Assembly (NCBI GenBank): GCA_040954595.2
Contig: CM082580.2
Location: forward strand, 13,876,242 to 13,940,241
DNA: 64,000 nt
Direction of reading: 5' to 3'
DNA from: Balanoglossus misakiensis
Lineage: Eukaryota > Animalia > Hemichordata
Shown: positions 52,801 to 64,000 of the stretch, in pieces
Layout: each line of letters starts with the position of its first letter
Numbering within the stretch: position 1 is the first letter of the stretch
Notes under the pieces: model-generated
Told to the model about the DNA's origin: nothing
Seen by the model: only the letters and a program-made list of their open reading frames with translations
The model's database searches: none
Position numbers and translations under genes: made by a program

Positions 52801-54699
52801 GTGTGTAGTCGCAGAAGCCGTGATTCATCCGCGAGCAACACCCCGGTCGATGAGAGGAACAGATTAAAGGAGGTTCCGCTGCCTTCTATACCCTCAGTAC
52901 GATCAGAGGCCCCGACAAATCGACCGCCAAAGTTCGAAGGAAGCATAGTTAGGAAACCGATCACAAAGACATCGTTAGCCATTTGTAGTAAAGAGTACTA
53001 TGTGACATTTGGAGCGCTTAGGAATGAGAAGACACTTGCCAAAGCCAAGGTTAAAGACAAAAGAGCTGAGGGCATCAGACGCAGTCGCATGGCTAGCTTA
53101 GACAGATTGATTCGCAGTAGTTTACAGTTTCCACGACCGCTCCCTCCAAGTAAGCGGAAGAACTTGTCGGCACCTGAGAGTCACGAAGTGCTCAGCCTTC
53201 TTCCACGCCCTGTCAGGTTAGCCAATCGGGGTCCCAGTAGATGCACTGGGCCGGTCTTCCGAAGCAACAGCAGGACAGTTGGCGTACAACAAGGTATGCA
53301 GAGTCCCACGGATACGAGAGACATCATTGTGAGCTATAACAGAGAAAGGCAGGGCATGAGCGACCAAGACGTAGACAAGTATCCAGAAATGACAAGTATC
53401 ACCATTGGTGACAGGGGGATGTCACCTCTTTTTGACCCCAGTCCCAGCCCCTCACGCTACCCACTCACCCCCAGAAATAGTGGTTTGTATTCCCGCTATT
53501 CTGCAAACCCACATAGACGACAACTTCCATCAACAAAAGATTAGTTTTTTTAGATTTTTGAGACGAGATTTACGATATATTAGATGTCAGATGACCAGGA
53601 GAGAGGTGTTGCATAACCAGTAAGCAGAGAGTGTAGAGAGGAAAAGTCTTTGAACCTGGCTTTCAAATCAAAACCCAGTCAGCTAGAGCAGGATGAATTC
53701 TCCGATGCTTGAAGCAAACATAGAAAAAGGTAGGATGGTTGATAGCCATGTTGTCAGATAGAATATCAACCTGGCCGGTGTTAATGCTGGCAGGTCTTTG
53801 AACAACTTCTGGTATGTTAGAGGAGAGACTGAAGGATGACATGGCCTATGTAGCTCATGGTCACATCAAGACATTGCTCAGCATTTTTTGTGTGTGTGAT
53901 GTTCTTTGACATTCATGGGCACATTATGCCCAGTGACTGATGTTGAGAGGTGCATTGCCTACGGTGTGACACAGTAAACTGTACAGAATTCATGTAAAAC
54001 AAACCTTTCACAGACAGCAGTACTTGCATCACAAATCGATATCTGTGAATCTAACAACTGTTCTTCTCACTCATGCAGTGGACACCCATCTCCAGTTATC
54101 TGTTTGTGAAGGACACCCGTAGCCACAGTGCCAGTCATAGGGACAGGAGTTTTGACGGAAAGATGGAAACGCCAGAACCTGGAGCTGGTATGAAAGCCAG
54201 GTAATGAGCATGCTTAACCCCCTCCGGTACAAGGCTCAATAGTTTATTCCAACTGCTCTTAAATGGCAAGAGTGGACCACTTGACTGGAGAGTTGGGGGA
54301 AGGGGGGGGGTCTAGTTTAAATGTAGGGAGAGGATATAAGAAATATAAAGACTTGAGCATGGAATATGTCTGAAGTAATCTGTTATTTGCAAGCCTTAAC
54401 ATCACTGAATTTTCCCTTTCAGTTCATCACTGTCTTCATTGCCAAGGTTACGCAGACGGCTTGGAAAGACCAGAATCCCGAAAGAGAATTCCCATCTGCG
54501 TAACCCCGCCCCTCTGCCACAGAGCCACTCATCCAAGAACCACTATCATCACCACCAACACCATCACCTCCAGACGCAGCAACAGGCACCTCCGTCTCGG
54601 ACAATCAGTGCCCCGACAGTCGTCTCCCTGACGACCCGGCCGCCTCCGTATCCGCTGAGATCTCACGTGATTCGAAGCGATCAAACTCCTCAAAGCTGA
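46804..54699 (+). CDS. TTLL4: Tubulin glutamylase TTLL4-like, multi-exon
   Basis: [92 protein letters not shown]. A probable non-coding first exon ends near 40783; terminal exons are 54079-54200 and 54423-54699. Start and end are less certain than the core. Confidence 0.88.
49206..49247 (+). CDS. Candidate 42-nt frame-preserving cassette exon of TTLL4
   Basis: Strong pyrimidine tract + CAG acceptor and GTAAT donor; symmetric phase 1; encodes TDDLDLTNNNTNDD. Confidence 0.55.
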
Positions 54700-57644
54700 C
54701 TGGCTGTCCGCCTGCCTCCACTTAGTGATGTCTACATGATGCCTCCCAAGGTTTTCAGAAAATCCTACAGATATGTTCTGATGCAGGATGAGAAGAAAGT
54801 GAAAAAGAAGAAATTCCTCTGAAGGATTCATGCCACACTGGTCGATGTTGTCCTGCATTTCAACTGTGTAATTTATGTGTGTGTCGCGATTAAAGTAGTA
54901 TAATGTGTAATATCAGAAAGGGATGTGTGAATAGACAGATCTCATCTGTTATTAGATATTTCCAGAGCAACAGGGGAAACCCTGTTCCCATATTGTCAGA
55001 CACACACCTAAGTAGATACAGTCTTGTTGGACACACCTAATTTGGTAGAGTCTTGTTGGACACATAAGTTCAGAAGTGTCCACCATCTGTACATGTATAC
55101 CCAACCTAGCTTATCTGCAGTTACTGTTTTTTCAGTATTTTTTGCAGCTGTGCATCTTGCTGTAAAATTGGCAATCCTCCATGTAGCTTTTCGCAGCCCG
55201 ATCAACCTTTTTGTCCCCATCCACCCAAAAATCCTGTCAGGTGGGTAGTTTCAGATTGCGCTGACAGGGGCTGCTGAAGTCAGTATGTGTATAAGACATG
55301 AAAACTCAAAACAAACACACACATGGCAAAATAGAAATACCTAAATGAGGTTGAAATAATATTGACTTATCACGCTAATAGAGCAGTGAGATTTACAGTC
55401 ATGCAGGGTAAAAGATGGAGCCAAAAACCATGACATAGCATTGCCAAATAGTACTAGAAAATCAAAAATAGGAAAAAAACTAACTGCTTGTAATTAATGT
55501 TTAATCATTAAAACTGTAAATAGGCAAATTATCAGCTAACTTATTGTGACTCTGCAAGGGAGGAGGTAGTATACTTCAATTAGTTTCAACAATTGTCTTC
55601 CGTGGTGCTTCGAATGTGTTGTTGCCAAAACTTAGAAATTTCTTTGCTTTTGATGAGAAGACTGATCAGCTTGTTCTAAAAACCATCTTGTACTCAGTTT
55701 ACTTGAGGCAACTAAATCACTTGCAACTTGCTGAGAAAAAAATGTCATTCAATCACAATTGATGACACGGAAACAAATCATATGCTTGAGCAGTTTCTAA
55801 TGAGAGAATTTATCAAACCTGTTTTCTTGCATATCACACACTTTTTATATATGCTCAGTAAACTCATAAGGGTTAACAGATGCATGTTATTGAAAGTCCT
55901 GAAGGTGAGACGAAATCTAGATGGTCATTCTTTTGTGACCAGAGCATCATTTAAGACATTGAGGAGGTAGGTGGCCTCGACTTACAAGAAGTTTGGTGTA
56001 ATAATTATAAAGATTAACAGGCAATTACCTTAAAATTTACCTACAAATTCATTTGGAAAAAAAGATTACACCGAAACCTGTTTTAAGAAATTTCTATTAC
56101 ATAGAAAATTGTGGGTGGATTTCAGGTTTTTGTTTTTGAGTTCTTCAGTATTTTGATTTCAGGTACACAGTCAGTTTCAGACCAAAGAATAAGAATAAGC
56201 ACAATTTACAAAGCAATTCAGTTGCTTATAAACTTTAGTTTGTGGTAAATATTAACATGTTATATATGGGTTCTCCGAAGATTGGTGTTTGAAGTGTATG
56301 GTGGTAGTCGTGTGTTGTTTGTGGCATTGCTTCTACTTATTGGGGGATTTCAAATTTACATCCTTAACATTTTTTATTGCACATGCGGAAAAACATTTTA
56401 AAAAACTTAAGCGTAAAACACTAACAGTACTAAATAACTAAAAATACTCTGTACAGGTAGAAATTTTGTAAGCTGAAATATTGTGGATTAAAGAAGCTTT
56501 TTGTAGTGTAATTTGCCAAAGTAACTCCACAAAGCGCAATCTCTATTCAAACCAGTCTCAGAAATGAGTTATAGGGGAGCTTTGTGAAGATGAGCACTAG
56601 TGTCAATTCCTACAAACCTAGGGGGTATGACCTTAGGACTTAAGATTTGCCAAATCATAGCCACAGAGCTCAGTCTATTGCAAAGCAATATTCAATGTAG
56701 AAACAAGAAATTTGTGTGAAGATTATCATGGTTGTTATCGATTTCAACCAAGGTAGGGAGTACAACTAAAAATTCAAAAATAAAGGTCCTCTAGGACCAT
56801 GGTAAATGTTTAGGCTAGATTTGATTTCTAGCCAGGCTGATTAAGAACACTAATACCAAAGCAAGAAAATAATGAATTGTTTAGTTTATAGAGCTGGGTT
56901 TGCACAATTTTATACACATCATTTTACAAGTGAGGTGTTATTTCCTTTACACATCAGGTTTTGTTTTTGTGATACTGAGAGAATTTGCTTTTTTGTGGTC
57001 AGTGCAAATTGTCGTTTTGTGGCCATGGTATTCTCAAATGTCCTCTCTGTGCCAATGTAACTACCAGATATTGATGAATGTGTGCTAAATGAATTTGAAT
57101 GCTGTTTTGATTTGTGAGAATCCTATTCCAGGAAATCTGTAGATATTCTCGTGGGATGACATGTGTTTGACACTGATGAATTTGTGCACTCATCTTTCAT
57201 TGCAAAATCGTATGAGTGACAGCTCTGCTTTGGTTTTCTTTGATTTATTTTTTTCTTGGGAAAACAGAACAGAACGATTTCCTTTCAAAGATTAATTCAT
57301 TGCTCCTTTAAAAACGGTACACCTCTTGTTCAATGCACTTGAATTGTTGGATTGCAAACCCTCTCATAATGTCTCTCCTAAACTTCTTCCTATGTAAATG
57401 ACTCCTTTTTCTAAAAGTGTCAATTCCAGTTCAAGATTTTTTTCAACTGAAATGAAAAGATGATGTATATTTGAGGATTTGATTCATATCGGTGGACAGT
57501 ATTTTATACCTTTTTTAAAAATCTGGACATTTTTGTGAAAGTAAGTTTTGAAAGCAATAAAATGATCTATTCTCTTGACTTTATTATGTGATTTATAAGG
57601 CATTGAGTGTAGCATACAATAAGCCAATCCTCTTTTGGCTCTGC

Positions 57645-57770
57645 TGTCCAGCGAAGCAGAGATTATAAGATAGCATAATTGTATGTCATTGTCCGGCATC
57701 TGTCAACACTCGTAATCTTCTCCGAAACCACTGATTGCTTTAAAATTTGGTATGCAGGTTCATAGAGGTT
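57645..57770 (+). mobile_element. Possible remnant of a Helentron-associated (HINE/DINE-like) element
   Basis: TGTCCGGCATCTGTC...CTTCTCCGAAACCACTG...AAATTTGGTATGCAGGTTC resembles the core of such elements. Pattern recognition only. Confidence 0.3.
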
Positions 57771-57948
57771 ACAGACCAAAGAAAAGTTTGTGCATGGAGT
57801 CCATGGTTGATGTTAACTTGTGCTTTATTTGTAGCATGCGTTTTATCTGTGTGATATACATTAATACAAAATTGGAATCACAACTCCACCTTCAATTACA
57901 ATTGACCTGTCACTAGTGTAGGGATTCAACATATGCATGGTTCATTGT

Positions 57949-59927
<1,979 letters not shown>

Positions 59928-61728
59928 TTAGGCCTTAAAAAAAGTATAATTTACAATTTTCAGCCTACCGTAGGAGTTGATGAGATGCCGCCAAGCCTGG
60001 TCAAAGTGGACTGCTTCTGTCCCGATCTGGCTACTCTGTCGGCAACTCTGCTTCGCCTTATATAAGATCTTCAATGTTAAGACTTCCGTCCACCATTTGT
60101 CTTGACGAAACAATTTCCCCATCGGAACATTTTAGGGGGTAGCACTCCTATCGCATACAACTTCACAAACAAGCAATGTGATTAGAATGAAGGTGACGGA
60201 TTTTGGCTTTGGTTGTCGCACCCCCATAAAACAGCTGCAATTTAATCATTATTTCCTTGGAGGATTAAGAAAATCTTTAGAAAAACAAAAAAATATGAAC
60301 TCCGTGATAAATGAATGCATTTGTTATGAAACGAAGGCGAGCTAGAATCCATGTATTAATATTTATTCTATATGCATTAGACATGTATACATTTTAGGTG
60401 CGAAAGTTCTGCGCGCTTTTGGTCATCTTCTCTGTACTGTTCTTATATACGAAAAGTGACCATCAAAATGATTTTGAGAGGAACATGACTAAATATACGA
60501 AATAGGATTTTGACAGCTGAGGGGTTACAAAACAACCGGGTCATCGATTTTGCACACGAAGGGCATGGCTTACATAAACACGAGGTGCTTGCCCGCTTAT
60601 AGATTTCAGATCTTCAGCTATAATTCCAGGGGGCCGAACTATATTACGAAACCTGATGGAAGTATTGATTCGCACCAGGTCAGGCGTAAGGCTAATTGAA
60701 CAACGTAGAAACTCCAAAGGTGGTGTGAAGTTTTGTTTGAAGCGCATCTGCACGCCTTTTGTATTCAGAGGGAGGGGTCAACAGACGTCAATGGACATTC
60801 GGCCACAATTGGCTTGTGACTTGGCAAAAAGATGACAAGTTTCAATGACAGAAGAAAAAATAGCTTTTCGAACTTACCATTTTCATCTTCAGGCGTTCCT
60901 TTCGACGCATTTGCTTGGCAGTACACGATTTTTACCCCCCCCCCTCCTTTTTGTCACAAGAAAGGGCGATCACCTTTCCCACTGCAAAGATACCACTGGT
61001 ATCGCAATTCCCACGCGAAAACAAGTTATAGGGTTGTGAACTGGGTGAACTGTTCGACATACATAGATTTCGACCTCCTGATAAATGCAATTCGGCATTA
61101 ATAAATATTCAATAAATGCATTGTACATTATTATAAATACATTATAAATTATATGTGGGTTATCAATAATCAGAAATGGGCGGGATTGTGATGACAATAA
61201 CAAGTAATCCAATGACAGCAAATCCTAATCGAATTTATAACTACAGTTTATATTAAAATGTTTTGCGTTGTCTTGAGAGACATTTATCAACTTTATTCAG
61301 GGAGTAATGATAAATCAAAGATCCAATGAAAGGTTTATCTGCACTTTTTCAGTGGATATCAGTATTTATCTCATATTTGGTGGGACAGTCTACCATTATT
61401 ATAAAAAGAAACCCTTGTTCGCCGCATGCACCATACTCTGCTTGAAGTACCTGAGCGGACTGACTGTGGTTGCGTCAAGTGACAGCAGGTAGGCAAATAG
61501 ACAGACGTTTTGCGGGGGATGGAAGTATGCGTATAAAGAAGGCATTTTTCCACACCGTTTCAGGAATCTATAGGCATCACCTTACAATGGTGGTAAATAG
61601 TGGACACCATCAATTTCATAAAAGTACACCAGATGTCATCTTGAAGATTGCACCACAATATCGTCCCATCTGCTCCGACACATTTCAACAGTAACTGCAT
61701 TCCTAATATGTTGCGTTCTGTTGTAGGA

Positions 61729-63704
61729 ATGAAGTTGATAATAATGTGCGTGTTGCTATGGGCGACCACTGCAAACTGTCAATGGGATATGAACATGAGA
61801 GATAATCGCGAGGTTCTCGTTCACCTATTTGAATGGAAGTGGTCCGATATCGCCAAAGAATGTGAAAAGTGAGTATTCAGAGTCGAAATCACGACATGTT
61901 GGTGTTAAAAGGCTTACACTCAAATCAAATTTACATGGACTAATACATGGTATAAAGGCGTATGCCCGCATGGTCTCGGAGCTCTTTTTTCGCGTGGCCA
62001 CCCATCAAAATCTGTTATGGGCTAGACTTTCTCGACTTTCCAAGTTTTCTATGCTACCCATCCCAGCCCTGTTCGGCAGTATTGTACTATTACTAAAGAA
62101 TTTCATTGACACAAGCATGGCCTTAAAATGTTAGCTTTCTAGGACCAATGCTGTATGGTGGCGTTCAAGTGTCCCCTCCCAACGAACACCGCGTCGTCAC
62201 AAACCCCTGGCGTCCATGGTGGGAAAGGTACCAGCCGGTTAGTTATCAGCTTGTCAGCAGAAGTGGAGATAGAGCCGCTTTTATTGATATGGTTAACAGA
62301 TGTATCGCTAAGGATGTCGTCATTTATACTGATATTGTTATCAATCACATGTGTGGAGAGGGCGGTGAGTGGTCTCCATATTTGACACGCAAGTGTTGTT
62401 ATCAAATGTCATATTGTGCGTGGGAGACTTACGCCAAATTTGTTGTCTGCTTTAATCTTTAATTTAAAATTCAACACGAACGATGCTAATAAAGGTAAGA
62501 ACACCAAGATTTCTTGCAGTGTGAAGTTTCAAAATTTGCTATTTGTAGTTTTTGCCCCTTTACAGTTAGTGGATATGGCTCCAACAACAACTGGTACGAC
62601 ACATCGTACAGTAAGCGTGAATTTCCCGCCGTTCCGTACTCAGAATGGGACTTCAATGATGATATCTGTGACCATAATATAAACGACTACCAAAACGAAT
62701 GGGAGGTCCGTAACTGCAAGCTGGTCGGTCTCGTTGACTTGAAATTGTCCAAGAGCTACGTCCAAGACAAAGTTGTTGAATATCTGAATGACATGATAAG
62801 CTTGGGTGTGGCTGGGTTCCGAGTGGATGCTTGTAAGCACATGTATCCGTCTGATTTGGAAGTCATCTTCGGCCGACTGAGTAACCTGGTTACCCCTACC
62901 TTCCCAGCAGGCAGCAGGGCGTTTATGTTTCAGGAAGTCATCGACCAGGGAGGAGAACCGATAACAGCCGAGGAATACACCCACCTTGGACGTGTGACTG
63001 AGTTCATGTACGGACTTGAACTGAGCAACTGCTTCAAGGGGAATAATCAACTGAAATGGCTGAGCAACTGGGGAGAAGGATGGGGTTTGCTGCCACGGGG
63101 CAGTGCTCTTGGATTCATCGATAACCATGACAACCAACGCAGTCACGGTGGTGGCGGTGATGTTCTTACTCACAAAGAGCCTCGCGAATATAAGATGGCA
63201 GTAGCGTTCATGTTGGCGCACGATTATGGTGTACTTCGGGTGATGAGCAGCTACGAATTTACAGACCCTGACGCGGGACCACCATCTAACCCCGATGGAT
63301 CAACCAAAGACGTAGTCTGTTTCCAAGGAGAATGGGTTTGTGAACACGCCTGGCGACAAATAACAGCCATGGTCTGGTTCCGAAGAGCTGCTGTTGGTAC
63401 CGGAGTTGACAATTGGTGGGACAACAACAGCAATCAAATCGCTTTCTCTCGTGGAAACAAAGCCTTCATTGCTATCAACGGAGATGCTTATACATTAAAC
63501 AGTTCGATCTACACCGGGTTACCAGCTGGCAGTTACTGTAATCTAATCGTAGCCGTGTACGACTCAAATACGAAATCATGCACGAATGCAGAAAACAACG
63601 GCACCCCACACATTGTTACCGTCCAAAGCAATGGGTATGCTTCGCTCAACATTCCCAATAACGGTGACCCAGTAGTTGCTATTCACGTTGAAGCCACAGT
63701 TTGA
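61729..63704 (+). CDS. Animal alpha-amylase (GH13), copy 2
   Basis: Exons 61729-61868, 62135-62364, 62566-63704, with the same catalytic motifs (RVDACKH, FQEVID, DNHDNQR) and the same intron positions as copy 1. Confidence 0.96.
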
Positions 63705-64000
63705 ACTCAAATATGCCAAAATGTAATTGTTTGCAATAAATCTCTCTCCAATAAAAGCGGCATTTGCTTCATCATAAATCGACTTGTCAGTTGTCTCGTT
63801 TTGTCAAAAACGTGACTGTGTTGCTTCTAGGTTGGTTCCCATCTTTTGACGATTCCTGAGAAGGGTTGTCATGACATTTATGTCGGTTAAGAATGAGGTT
63901 TTCTCTGTGACGAATTAGAAGAAAGAATTGCGATACAAATTGATCATTCGTTCATTGTCAATGAAGACATGAATGAAGTAACTATCATTTGGGATTTTGT

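Noticed and set aside
62640-63221. 193-aa antisense ORF over amylase copy 2
   Set aside because: Shadow of the coding strand with no independent features.

Overview
Compact, intron-rich genomic DNA from an animal, probably a marine invertebrate; the species cannot be determined from the sequence. Gene order: 3' part of an HCN-type channel (+); NDUFS1 (-) head-to-head with EF1-beta (+); NUPR1/p8 (+); uracil-DNA glycosylase (+); a GPI-anchored Ly6/uPAR protein (-); a three-member 2'-5'-oligoadenylate synthetase (OAS) cluster (+); an intronless bacterial-type aminoglycoside/choline-kinase-fold phosphotransferase (-); a non-autonomous DNA transposon with 375-bp TIRs, a 9-bp TSD and LINE debris inside; SNAP47 (+); TTLL4 (+); and a divergent pair of alpha-amylases. 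The OAS cluster is the most interesting part. It holds a frameshifted pseudogene, an OAS with an intact catalytic triad, and a predicted ~1174-aa protein with 16 zinc fingers fused to an OAS domain whose catalytic triad is degenerate. The putative horizontally acquired kinase lies right after it. All exon models were built by hand from GT-AG sites and frame continuity; no database searches were run.
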